Origin: Leucobacter sp.
GTDB taxonomy: Bacteria; Actinomycetota; Actinomycetes; Actinomycetales; Microbacteriaceae
Length of the DNA stretch: 64,000 nt
Assembly (NCBI GenBank): GCA_052094845.1
Contig: JBQDKK010000001.1
Location: 163,386 to 227,385 of the forward strand
Direction: 5' to 3'
Shown in pieces: positions 1 to 8,290 of this stretch; position 1 is the stretch's first letter, and every line of letters starts with the position of its first letter. Under the pieces are notes generated by a model. The model did not search any database and was not told the origin of the DNA. It worked only from the letters and a program-made list of their open reading frames with translations. The translations under genes were made by a program, and so were the position numbers.

Positions 1-122
1 GGGTTCTCATCCACGCCTTCACCGGCAAGGCGAAGCAGGTGCACTGGCTGCTCTGGATCGTCTCGGCAGGGTTCGTGATCTTCTTCGCGCGCGGCCCGAT
101 CGAGGCGCTGCTCGGCGTCTAG
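1..122 (+). CDS. C-terminal fragment of NCS2/AzgA-like purine permease (partial, runs off window)
   Basis: Frame from nt 3 reads VLIHAFTGKAKQVHWLLWIVSAGFVIFFARGPIEALLGV*, TAG at 120-122; resembles the last TM helix of NCS2 permeases (KxxEVHPLMW-like). Confidence 0.55.
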   Translation, partial: VLIHAFTGKAKQVHWLLWIVSAGFVIFFARGPIEALLGV

Positions 123-137
123 CGACACCTCGCACGC

Positions 138-183
138 AACGCGGCGGTGCGGATCGGCTTCGGCTGATCCACACCGCCGCGTT
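138..183. terminator. Bidirectional intrinsic terminator hairpin between convergent genes
   Basis: aacgcggcggtg-cggatcggc-ttcg-gctgatcca-caccgccgcgtt long GC stem with UUCG loop. Confidence 0.75.
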
Positions 184-207
184 CGTCTGCCGGTGCGGCC
201 CGCACCG

Positions 208-1413
208 CTAGTTCCCGAGGATCTTCTGGTATGCCTGCGCGTACCGGTTGTCCTCTTGCGCGGTCGGCGTGCGCATATCGTGGATTCGCGCTGACATCTC
301 CTCGTCAGGGAAGACGAGTGGGTTCTCGGCCATCTCCGGGTTGAGCGTCGCCATCGCGTCGCGAGCACCAGCCACGGGCGTGACGTACTGCACATACTCG
401 GCGACGCGGGCCGCGACCTCTGGCTCGTAGTAGTAGTCGATGAGCGCGTGCGACTGCTCGTAGGCCGCAGTGCTCTCCGGGAGGCAGAACGAGTCAATGA
501 AGAGCGTCGCCCCCGCCTGGGGCACGACAAACTTCCAGACCTCCTCGCCCTCTTCTTCGTTGATCATCGCGACGTCTCCCGACCAGGCCATGCCCGCGAG
601 GACGGCCCCGCTCTGCAGGTCTTGCGTGTACGAGTTTCCCTTCACCGTGTACACATCGCCGTTCTTGATGTGCTCCTCCGCCACAGCGAGCGCCGCGAAG
701 AACTCGTCGTCGCCCCAGCCGTCGCCCGTGATGTCGACGCCCTGCTCGAGCATGATGAGCCCAAGCGTGTCGTCCTGCTCGCTCAGCAGGCTCACTTTGC
801 CCTTGAGATCGGGGTTCCACAGGTCGCTCACCGACTGCACACCCTTGGGGTAGAGCTTCGAGTTATAGACGAGCCCGGTCATGCCAGCCTGGTAGGGGAT
901 CGACCACTCGCGGGCCGGGTCAAACGACGAGTGGCGCACGAGGTCGATCATCTGCGCGTCAGCGTTCGGGACGAGCCCGTGGTCGAACGCTTTGAGCTGC
1001 TGCTGTTCCCACAGCCTGATGAGCGACGAATCGGTGAGCGTGAACAGGTCGTAGCCGGTGTCTTGCCCAAGCTTCAGTTGGTCCTTGACCTTCGCCATGA
1101 ACATCTTGTTGTCGTCAACGTCCTCGAAATATTCGACGCTGATGTTCGACTCGGCCATGAACTCGTTGAGCGTCGGGAAATCTCCGGCCTCCTCATCGAA
1201 GTCGAGGTAGTACGTCCAGCTCGCCCACCGCACGTTCCCGGCCGAGCCATCTCCGTACTTCGGGCCGCTCGGCGCACAGGCCGCGAGCGAGGCGGCGCCG
1301 AAGGCCGCGGCACCGAGCCCGAGGCCCTGCAGCAGCCGACGCCTCGAAAGCTGGGCGGTGCGGGCGCGCCGCACGAGTTCCGCGATGATGGGGTCAGATG
1401 GGGCACCACGCAT
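208..1413 (-). CDS. potD: Spermidine/putrescine ABC substrate-binding lipoprotein (PotD/PotF family), orphan paralogue
   Basis: Tat-like SRRRLL plus lipobox LAAC; W(A)SWTYY, SIPYQAGMTG, MAWSGD, NPLVFP motifs; AAGGAG RBS. Confidence 0.88.
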   Translation of the reverse strand: MRGAPSDPIIAELVRRARTAQLSRRRLLQGLGLGAAAFGAASLAACAPSGPKYGDGSAGNVRWASWTYYLDFDEEAGDFPTLNEFMAESNISVEYFEDVDDNKMFMAKVKDQLKLGQDTGYDLFTLTDSSLIRLWEQQQLKAFDHGLVPNADAQMIDLVRHSSFDPAREWSIPYQAGMTGLVYNSKLYPKGVQSVSDLWNPDLKGKVSLLSEQDDTLGLIMLEQGVDITGDGWGDDEFFAALAVAEEHIKNGDVYTVKGNSYTQDLQSGAVLAGMAWSGDVAMINEEEGEEVWKFVVPQAGATLFIDSFCLPESTAAYEQSHALIDYYYEPEVAARVAEYVQYVTPVAGARDAMATLNPEMAENPLVFPDEEMSARIHDMRTPTAQEDNRYAQAYQKILGN

Positions 1414-1462
1414 TGTTTTCTCCTTTGAAACGCACGTGAACGGCTGGGCCCATCATCCCAGA

Positions 1463-2296
1463 TCACTGCAGGCTGCGGTACGCGTCCCCGATGAGTGTCG
1501 CGAGCTCTGCAGAGATGCGCGGTGTGCCCGCGATGAGCAACTCCTCGCCGGGGGCGGCGTCGCCGAGGCCGCGGACGACCGCGCCGGATTCGCGTGCGAT
1601 GAGGGCGGCCGCCGCGTAGTCCCACGGTTGCAGGCCACGCTCGTAGTAGGCGTCGAGGCGCCCGGCCGCGAGCATGCAGAGGTCGATCGCGGCTGATCCC
1701 ATTCGGCGAATATCGCGCACCCTTGGCAGCACGTGGCGCAGCACCTCAACCTGCTCCGTGCGGCGCTCGGCCGTGTACCCAAACCCTGTCGCGAGGAGCG
1801 TACTGCCGAGCTCGGTTTCGGCTGGGCCGGTGAGGCGAACGCCGTCGAGGTACGCGCCGCCCCCGTGCCAGGCGCGGAATGCCTCACCCGTCGTTGGCAC
1901 GTACACCGCACCGGCGATGGCGCGGCGGCCGTCAGACATGGTGCCGGGAGCGCCGTCTGAGACCGTCGCAGCCACGCTGACCGCATAGGCCGGGAGGCCG
2001 TACAGGTAGTTCACCGTGCCGTCGATGGGGTCGACGACCCAGGTGATCCCGCTCGATCCGGCGCTGCTCGCGCCCTCCTCGCCCAGGATCCCGTCTTTCG
2101 GGCGCAGGCGACCGAGCCCCTCAGTGAGGAGGCGCTCGGCCTCCTGGTCCGCCGCCGTCACGACGTCGGTGAGGCTCGACTTCGTCTGCGCGACCGCGAC
2201 GCCCTCTGCGCGACGGGCTCGGACGACCTCGCCAACCTCGCGCGCGAGCTTCGCCGCAACGTCGGCCAGGGCTGCTGCATCAACCGGATCAGTCAT
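1463..2296 (-). CDS. suhB: Inositol monophosphatase family protein
   Basis: GEE, WVVDPIDGTVNY, RRMGSAAIDLC, WDYAA motifs; leaderless (TAGGCT 7 nt before ATG). Confidence 0.88.
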   Translation of the reverse strand: MTDPVDAAALADVAAKLAREVGEVVRARRAEGVAVAQTKSSLTDVVTAADQEAERLLTEGLGRLRPKDGILGEEGASSAGSSGITWVVDPIDGTVNYLYGLPAYAVSVAATVSDGAPGTMSDGRRAIAGAVYVPTTGEAFRAWHGGGAYLDGVRLTGPAETELGSTLLATGFGYTAERRTEQVEVLRHVLPRVRDIRRMGSAAIDLCMLAAGRLDAYYERGLQPWDYAAAALIARESGAVVRGLGDAAPGEELLIAGTPRISAELATLIGDAYRSLQ

Positions 2297-2356
2297 GCTT
2301 CCGAGCCTACCTTCCAGCGCTGATGGAGTGACCCTGGGTGGGTTGGGTCGACTGGC

Positions 2357-3577
2357 CTATGGGCGGTTAGCGGGACGGGGCTCGCGGTCAAGCGCGTACG
2401 CCTCCTCACCATGTACGGCCGCGTCGATCCCGCCCTCCTCGACCTCGGACGAGACGCGCAGGCCAGTCGTCGCCTTCACCACGAACGCGACGATGAGCGA
2501 CGCGGCGAACGAGTAGGCAGCCACGCCCACGACTGAGATGACTTGGACGAGCAGCAGCCCGCCGTCGCCACCGGTGAAGAGGCCGTCATCGAACGCGAAG
2601 AATCCGAGGTAGACCGTGCCGAGCACGCCCGCGACGAGGTGCAGGCCGACGACGTCGAGCGAGTCGTCGAAGCCGAGGCGAAACTTCCACTCGATCGCGA
2701 AGGCGCACGCCGCACCAGCGAGGACGCCGAGCAGCAGCGCGAGCCCGGGGGAGAGGTTTGCGGCGGCTGGCGTGATCGCTACGAGCCCGGCCACCGCGCC
2801 GGAAGCAGCGCCGATCACGCCGGGCTTCCGTGCGCGCAGCGCATCAACTGCGAGCCATCCGAGGATGCCAGCTGCGGGCGCGCCAAGCGTGTTCACAAGG
2901 ATCAGGCCAGCGGTCGCCCCGTCCGTCGCAAGGCCCGAGTTGAAACCGATCCAACCGAACCACAAGAGCGCCGCGCCAATCGTGACGAGCGGGATCGAGT
3001 GCGGCCGGTGTGCGCCCGGGGCGAAGTCCTTGCGCTTGCCGACGACGAGCGCGAGCGCGAGGGCGGCCGCCCCCGCGTTGATGTGGATCGCGGTGCCGCC
3101 GGCAAGGTCGATCACGTCTGGAGTCCCGAGCCAGGTTCCCAGCTGAGAGATCCAGCCCCCGCCCCACACCCACGCTGCGACGGGGAAGTACACGAGCGTC
3201 GCCCACAGGCCCGAGAACAGTACCCACGACCCGAGGCCGACCCGGTCGGCTATGGCGCCAGAGATGAGGGCGGTCGTGATCATCGCGAACACCGCCCCAA
3301 ACCCGACCCCAATGAACTCGCCCGGGTCGGTGTTTGCGAGCCCGAAGTCCCGTAGCGGGCTACCCGCGAACCAGCCGTCGCCGTCGCCGATGATGCTCAT
3401 GCTGTACCCGAACAGGATCCATAGAACGCCGACGACTCCCATCGCGCTCACGCTGAAGAGCATCATGTTCACGACTGAACGGACCCGCACGAGCCCGCCG
3501 TAGAAGAGCGCCAACCCCGGCGTCATGATGAGTACGAGCGCGGAGCTCGCGAGTGTCCAGACCTCTGTTGCTTCCAT
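2357..3577 (-). CDS. amtB: Ammonium transporter (Amt family)
   Basis: MTPGLALFYGG, DLAGGTAIHINAG, LLWFGWIGFNSG, DDSLDVVGLH, GIDAAVHGEEAY motifs. Confidence 0.95.
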   Translation of the reverse strand: MEATEVWTLASSALVLIMTPGLALFYGGLVRVRSVVNMMLFSVSAMGVVGVLWILFGYSMSIIGDGDGWFAGSPLRDFGLANTDPGEFIGVGFGAVFAMITTALISGAIADRVGLGSWVLFSGLWATLVYFPVAAWVWGGGWISQLGTWLGTPDVIDLAGGTAIHINAGAAALALALVVGKRKDFAPGAHRPHSIPLVTIGAALLWFGWIGFNSGLATDGATAGLILVNTLGAPAAGILGWLAVDALRARKPGVIGAASGAVAGLVAITPAAANLSPGLALLLGVLAGAACAFAIEWKFRLGFDDSLDVVGLHLVAGVLGTVYLGFFAFDDGLFTGGDGGLLLVQVISVVGVAAYSFAASLIVAFVVKATTGLRVSSEVEEGGIDAAVHGEEAYALDREPRPANRP

Positions 3578-3598
3578 AGTGTTCTCCTCTGCTCGGCT

Positions 3599-3647
3599 GC
3601 TGATGGCCGATGGTCGGCCGTTGATGGCTGATGGCTGATGGCTGATG
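3599..3647. repeat. Heptamer tandem repeat (GCTGATG)n, 7 units, upstream of amtB
   Basis: gctgatg gccgatg gtcggcc gttgatg gctgatg gctgatg gctgatg. Confidence 0.9.
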
Positions 3648-3705
3648 GCCGCGTGTCGCCTGTCGCGCCGGTGCGCTCAGGTGTTGCCCAGTCTGCGCCT
3701 TGGCG

Positions 3706-3765
3706 GTTTCGTCGCCGTTTCTCTTGTGCGACGACCTCGTCACTTCTCTGTTTCAGCGGTGTTTC
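3706..3765 (-). promoter_or_regulatory. GlnR-box array upstream of amtB
   Basis: Minus strand GAAAC-n6-GAAAC-n6-GTGAC-n6-GTCGC-n6-GAAAC-n6-GAAAC in exact 11-bp phase; matches the actinobacterial GlnR consensus gTnAc-n6-GaAAc. Confidence 0.72.
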
Positions 3766-3830
3766 GGCGGGGTGGGGCCTGCGCTGAATCTGGCGCTGCG
3801 TCCGCTCGTGTGGCTGGCGCTGGCAATCGG

Positions 3831-3927
3831 TGCTAAGGTGGTGAGGTTGCCGTTAGATCGGCCGCGGATACAGAGAGCCCAAGCACCCTGCTGAAGGCGC
3901 CGCGCAACTGGAGAAAGGGGATCACCT
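3831..3927 (+). promoter_or_regulatory. rpsO promoter (extended -10 TG-c-TAAGGT) and probable S15 autoregulatory leader RNA
   Basis: -10 at 3834-3839; ~80-nt leader with GTTGC...GCAAC and CGCGG...CCGCG pairing closing next to the RBS; S15 leaders are known at this position. Confidence 0.5.
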
Positions 3928-4197
3928 ATGTCATTGCCCACAGATGTCAAGAAGGCGATCATCGAAGAGTACGCGACCACTGCTGGTGACACCGGATCCC
4001 CCGAGGTCCAGGTAGCGCTGCTGTCGCGTCGTATCAAGGATCTGACCGAGCACCTCAAGGAGCACAAGCACGACCACCACTCGCGTCGTGGCTTGCTGCT
4101 GCTCGTTGGTCAGCGCCGCCGCCTCCTGGCGTACCTCCAGAAGACGGACATCAACCGTTACCGTGCGCTCATCGAGCGCCTCGGCCTGCGCCGCTAA
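3928..4197 (+). CDS. rpsO: 30S ribosomal protein S15
   Basis: [30 protein letters not shown]; 89 aa. Confidence 0.99.
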   Translation: MSLPTDVKKAIIEEYATTAGDTGSPEVQVALLSRRIKDLTEHLKEHKHDHHSRRGLLLLVGQRRRLLAYLQKTDINRYRALIERLGLRR

Positions 4198-4271
4198 GCT
4201 CAGCGCTTCGGCACGGCCGCGAGGCCCGGTTGATCGCGTCAGTCCCTGCGGCTGATCGCCTTTGACTCTGG

Positions 4272-4301
4272 GAAGCCCCTCTCCTGCGGGAGAGGGGCTT
4301 C
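4272..4301 (+). terminator. Intrinsic terminator hairpin after rpsO
   Basis: gaagcccctctcc-tgc-gggagaggggcttc. Confidence 0.7.
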
Positions 4302-4335
4302 TCTGCGCTCTGCGCTCTGCGCTCTGCGCTCTGCG
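4301..4335. repeat. Perfect heptamer tandem repeat (CTCTGCG)x5
   Basis: Five exact units read directly. Confidence 0.95.
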
Positions 4336-4366
4336 CTCGCCCGCTCCGCTGACCCCGCCCACCATT

Positions 4367-4432
4367 CCTCCCCAAATCATCTGTTGCGCCCCAAATACCC
4401 CTCGAATTTGAGGTGGACTGGAGAAATTGGGG
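4367..4432 (-). repeat. Four-box palindromic interspersed element, copy A (orphan, inverted relative to B and C)
   Basis: Reverse complement aligns without gaps to 8202-8267 at 47/66 nt (hand count); boxes CCAATT/CAAAT...ATTTG/ATTTG. Confidence 0.8.
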
Positions 4433-4491
4433 TGGAGGGGACGGGAAAACGAGGCAGCACGCGCCCGCCTTCCGAGTTTTCGCCCCGCACT

Positions 4492-4557
4492 GACCGCACC
4501 ACCGACCCCGCCGACCGCACCGCCGACCGCACCACCGACCCCGCCGACCGCACCGCC
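4492..4557. repeat. Perfect 33-bp tandem duplication
   Basis: gaccgcaccaccgaccccgccgaccgcaccgcc x2. Confidence 0.95.
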
Positions 4558-4601
4558 CCGACCTCACGCCGGAGGCCGCCCGTGCCGGGTACTCTATGAA
4601 C

Positions 4602-5333
4602 ATGCCAAGGGGAAGCCGTCGGCCGCGCGATCGCGGCCTGTACGTCGAGATCCACATTGACGCGCCGATGGAGCGTGTCTGGGAGCTCACGCAAGACCCG
4701 CACCTCCACGCCCGCTGGGACGCCCGATTCAGCAAGATCACCCCGACAGCGGTGCGCGACAACGGGGTGCAAGAATTCGGCTACGAACTCGATCTCGGTG
4801 TGCACACGATCCGCGGCACTGGGGTATCGCTTGGCGAGAAACGCACAGAATCAGGGCAGCGGACGTCGGCACTGCTCTTCACTACCGAGGACCCGCTCTC
4901 ACCACTCGGCGACGGGCGCGGGTATTGGCGCTATGTTCCCTCGGGAAGCGGCGTGAGGTTCTTCACCGGGTACGACTACGAGCCCGGCTGGGGCGCGATC
5001 GGACGGCTACTTGACCCGATCTTTACCCGACGGCTTGTCTGGTGGCTCACGGCCTGGAGCTTCGACAGGCTCCGACTGTGGGCGGAGCAGGGTATTGAAC
5101 CCGAACGCGTCGGATGGTGGCGCGGCTGGCTCGGCGGCCCCCGGGCGAGAGCGCGAAACTGCGCGTCCCGGCCTACTTCCTCAACTCTGGGAGACGACGT
5201 TTCCCGGACACGCGGGGCGTCCCACCCAACCCGGATCATGGACAACGCACCGCCAACACTTGACGAGCTCGGTGACATCGGGGCGATCCGGCCGCGCCAA
5301 CGCCGTACGCGCAGAGAGGGAACACATGGCTGA
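4602..5333 (+). CDS. SRPBCC/START-like domain protein (YndG-like)
   Basis: LYVEIHIDAPMERVWELTQDP.LH.RWD.RF start typical of SRPBCC folds; TACTCT -10 six nt before ATG 4602 favours this start over 4596. Confidence 0.65.
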   Translation: MPRGSRRPRDRGLYVEIHIDAPMERVWELTQDPHLHARWDARFSKITPTAVRDNGVQEFGYELDLGVHTIRGTGVSLGEKRTESGQRTSALLFTTEDPLSPLGDGRGYWRYVPSGSGVRFFTGYDYEPGWGAIGRLLDPIFTRRLVWWLTAWSFDRLRLWAEQGIEPERVGWWRGWLGGPRARARNCASRPTSSTLGDDVSRTRGASHPTRIMDNAPPTLDELGDIGAIRPRQRRTRREGTHG

Positions 5334-6033
5334 CCCCCAGAATCATCAGAGCATATTTGCTCGGGCAATCGGCCCTGGGTTCGAGCGGCTGCATCCGCAG
5401 ATGCAACGCCGGTTCGGCGTCGGGGTTGGCACTGGGGCGGGGACTGGGTATGCCTGCGTCGGTCGCGGGGTGATGCGCGAGATTCGCCGTGGACCGTGGT
5501 GGGTGCGGCCGTTCCTTATGCTCGGCGCGACGCGAAACATCATGTTCCCCGAACGCGGCGCGCACGTCCCGTTCCAGATCGACAACTACGCATACATCGA
5601 CGGGTACGGGCGTGAGACAGTCACGTTTATCCGCACAATGGAGCTCGGCGGAGGGCGCCGAAGGCGATTCGACGCGACAATGATCCTCAGCGAAGCGAGC
5701 GGGAAGATCGTTGATTACTTAGGGACCCACCAGCATCTGGCTGTCGATCTGGATCTATCAGTCACCGCCGACGGGGGCCTACGACTCGAATCGGGGGAGC
5801 AACGATTCTACGAAGGGCTGATCGGGTTCCGGTTCCCCGCATCGCTCACAGGTCGCGCCTTCCTGACCGAGCACTTTGATGATGCCAAGGGCTGCTTCGT
5901 TATAGACCTTGAGGTGCGACATGAGCGGCTCGGGTTGCTCTTTGGATACCGTGGCGAGTTTACCTGCGAGTTTCCGGAGGAGGTCACAGTGCCGGGCGCC
6001 CTGAAGCCATATCGCGAGGAGCGGCGCGAGTGA
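5326..6033 (+). CDS. DUF4166 domain protein (YndH-like)
   Basis: F..LHP.MQRRF, ETVTFIR, DYLGTHQHLAVDL, LFGYRGEF; start overlaps the upstream stop (ATGGCTGA), RBS gagagg. Confidence 0.75.
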   Translation: MADPQNHQSIFARAIGPGFERLHPQMQRRFGVGVGTGAGTGYACVGRGVMREIRRGPWWVRPFLMLGATRNIMFPERGAHVPFQIDNYAYIDGYGRETVTFIRTMELGGGRRRRFDATMILSEASGKIVDYLGTHQHLAVDLDLSVTADGGLRLESGEQRFYEGLIGFRFPASLTGRAFLTEHFDDAKGCFVIDLEVRHERLGLLFGYRGEFTCEFPEEVTVPGALKPYREERRE

Positions 6034-6704
6034 CGACGGAGAAAGTCCTCACCGAGGGCAGCCCAGTCCCGGGCGGGTCTGTCTTTCTGCGTGCGCTGGG
6101 AGATGAAGCAGTAAAGCTGCACCCCGAGGTGCTTCGATACGTATCGGGTTCGGGAGTCGTCGGTCAGGCCGTCAGCCTTGACGGAGTGTTTGACGTCGCG
6201 GGCAGCCGTTTGGGTATGCTCAACTATCTCGTACGTCCCGTCGTCGGGCCAGGGCTCTTGGTCACCGCCTTTGAACGAGGGGTGGCGTTTCGTGTGGAGA
6301 ACCGACCGGGCTGGGAGCCTCGGTCGGGAGCGAGGGAGCTGGGTCTGCACGCAGAACGTGTCTTCAAATTCCGGCGAGGCGAACAGCGATTTGTCGACGT
6401 GCTGCTGGCCGGCGATGCTCCCGGAACCCTTCGGAACTTGCTCGGCGAGCGCCGCCGTGTCGAGCTAGAACTCCATTGCTCTGCAACGGACTCCGGTCGA
6501 CTCCGGCTAGAGTCGGGCCGGGCCTGGTTGCGCTTCGGCCGTTTGCGGCTGCGGTTGCCGCACCTGTTCTCAGTGCACGCCGTCGTGGAAGACGGGTATG
6601 AGGAGACCACCGGGCGCAACACGGTGGACGCGCGGGTGCGCAGCCCGCTCCTGGGCACGATCCTCGAGTACCGGGGTAGCTTCCGTCAGTCCACGGGCGT
6701 CTGA
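6030..6704 (+). CDS. Second DUF4166 domain protein
   Basis: LHPEVLRY...GVFDVAG...LG...EYRGSF, same architecture as the upstream gene; GTGA coupling. Confidence 0.7.
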   Translation: MTTEKVLTEGSPVPGGSVFLRALGDEAVKLHPEVLRYVSGSGVVGQAVSLDGVFDVAGSRLGMLNYLVRPVVGPGLLVTAFERGVAFRVENRPGWEPRSGARELGLHAERVFKFRRGEQRFVDVLLAGDAPGTLRNLLGERRRVELELHCSATDSGRLRLESGRAWLRFGRLRLRLPHLFSVHAVVEDGYEETTGRNTVDARVRSPLLGTILEYRGSFRQSTGV

Positions 6705-6769
6705 CTGGCGGGAGCCCGGGCCCGCGCCTACCAGCGGGCACTCGCACTCTGCGGCGGATCTCGCCTGGC

Positions 6770-6835
6770 CCTCGATTACGCCAAACCCAGTTGAACTTAG
6801 CCCGAAATTGAGGGCCAGCGGATGAAATGGGGTAG
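6770..6835 (+). repeat. Four-box palindromic element, copy B (upstream of AbiEi-like nuclease gene)
   Basis: GAAATTGAGGGCCAGCGGAT (6804-6823) vs GAAATTGGGGCCCAGCGGAT (8236-8255), 18/20; internal inverted arms CCTCGATT...AATTGAGG. Confidence 0.72.
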
Positions 6836-6991
6836 TGGCGGCGTGGGCCGTGTGGGCGGGTTTGAGCTGCGGGTGTTGCCTTTACGTTCTTGCTTCGTCC
6901 CCAGCTGTAAGGATGCTGCTGCTGAAGCGGATTCATCCACGATCTCCTCCCTCGCGGAGCGCGGGGGGTCGCAGGCCGTCAGACTACGTCT

Positions 6992-8053
6992 ATGTCTCCC
7001 GCACGAAATAGTCATTCAGTGGCACCGCTTCAAGCGGCCGTCGCCGCGGTGGAGCTCATCGCTGCTGAGAACAGGATCCACAATGCGCTGGCGCCGATTC
7101 TGCTCCGACGCGAGCTTGTGCGTCTGGGTGAGGCAACGGACGGCGAGCTCTCGGCGCGTGTGCGTGCGGGCGGGCTGCGACGGCTCGCACATGGAGCGTA
7201 CATCGATTCCTCGCGTTGGGAACCCATGTATCCCGAGCAACGCCTGCTTGCCGTGACGCTCGCTCACGCGAAGCGATATCGCGAGCGTGACTGGGTGTTC
7301 GCGAGAGAGTCCGCGGCGGCGCTGTGGGGCCTGCCCCTGTTTGGCTTTTCTGGTCTGCGGGTGCACGTTGCCACTCGCGAGGGAAGCCGGGGGCACAGCT
7401 CTCGGCCCGTGGCGCGACATCTAACGGAGCTCCCCGAGACAGACATCGTGGAGGCTGCTGGAGTGCGGTTCACGAGCCTTGAGCGCACCCTCCTCGATCT
7501 TGCACACGGCGCAACACCTGAGGCCGCGATTGGTGCCCTTGACGCTGGCGTTCGCCGAGTGTTTCAGGTGGAGCGGGCCGATTCGGCTTCCGCGGTCGCT
7601 GAATGGCGGGAGCGCCAGCTTGCCGAGACTAAGCGCAGCGGACGGCCGGGGGTGCGAGCGGCGCGGCAGCTGCTTCAGATCGTAGACGGCCGTGCCGAGT
7701 CGGTGCTTGAGAGTGTGAGCAAGCTGCAACTCTCACGACTCCAGGTTCCCTACGAAATACAGGTTCCCGTCCGGGCTCCCAGTGGCGCAAAGTACTGGAT
7801 GGACTTTGAACTGCTCGGGCAAGACGCCTTTGGTGAGGTGGACGGCGCATCGAAGTACTTTGACCGGAGTGCTCACAGCGCTGGAACGCCCAAGGAACGC
7901 CTGCTCGCGGAGAAACGGCGCGAGGATGAGGTGCGCGGTGTGACCGGAAAGCGCTTCGTGAGGTGGGGTGCGCAGCACATTCAGACAGCGAGGCTGTTGG
8001 GGGAGCGCTTAAGTTCGTTTGGGATAGCTGTTCCAGGCCTCGAACACTGCTGA
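6992..8053 (+). CDS. AbiEi-antitoxin-like N-terminal wHTH fused to DUF559/Vsr-like PD-(D/E)XK nuclease domain
   Basis: LRRLAHGAY, FARESAAALWGLP, TSLERTLLDLA, AESVLES, WMDF...GEVDG.SKY, EKRREDEVR, VRW. Confidence 0.8.
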   Translation: MSPARNSHSVAPLQAAVAAVELIAAENRIHNALAPILLRRELVRLGEATDGELSARVRAGGLRRLAHGAYIDSSRWEPMYPEQRLLAVTLAHAKRYRERDWVFARESAAALWGLPLFGFSGLRVHVATREGSRGHSSRPVARHLTELPETDIVEAAGVRFTSLERTLLDLAHGATPEAAIGALDAGVRRVFQVERADSASAVAEWRERQLAETKRSGRPGVRAARQLLQIVDGRAESVLESVSKLQLSRLQVPYEIQVPVRAPSGAKYWMDFELLGQDAFGEVDGASKYFDRSAHSAGTPKERLLAEKRREDEVRGVTGKRFVRWGAQHIQTARLLGERLSSFGIAVPGLEHC

Positions 8054-8110
8054 ACGCGGGCAAGGACTGGGTCCCGCGGTGCGGACGGGCCGGGGCTGAC
8101 CTCGTCCAAG

Positions 8111-8200
8111 CCGCCAGGGCGCGCCAGAGCGCGCGAGAGCGTGCAGAAGCGCGCCAAAGCACTCCAGAGCGTGCAGAAGCGCGCCAGAGCGCGCAAAAGC
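8111..8200. repeat. Degenerate 10-bp tandem array (consensus GCGCCAGAGC), 9 units, running into palindrome copy C
   Basis: ccgccagggc gcgccagagc gcgcgagagc gtgcagaagc gcgccaaagc actccagagc gtgcagaagc gcgccagagc gcgcaaaagc. Confidence 0.9.
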
Positions 8201-8201
8201 A

Positions 8202-8267
8202 CGCCAATTCTTCCAATGTCCCCCAAATGCGGCGGGAAATTGGGGCCCAGCGGATTATTTGAGGGGG
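8202..8267 (+). repeat. Four-box palindromic element, copy C (downstream of nuclease gene)
   Basis: CGCCAATT-n-CCCAAAT-n-AAATTGGGG-n-ATTTGAGG, AT-rich boxes about 18-19 nt apart; homologous to copies A and B. Confidence 0.8.
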
Positions 8268-8290
8268 TGGGGGTGGGACACTCCCGCGAA

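Noticed and set aside
5011-5325. N-terminal extension of the first DUF4166 ORF
   Set aside because: It overlaps the upstream gene out of frame; RBS and stop/start coupling support ATG 5326.
6992-8053. Complete type IV (AbiE) toxin-antitoxin pair
   Set aside because: No AbiEii nucleotidyltransferase ORF on either side; the flanks are non-coding repeats.
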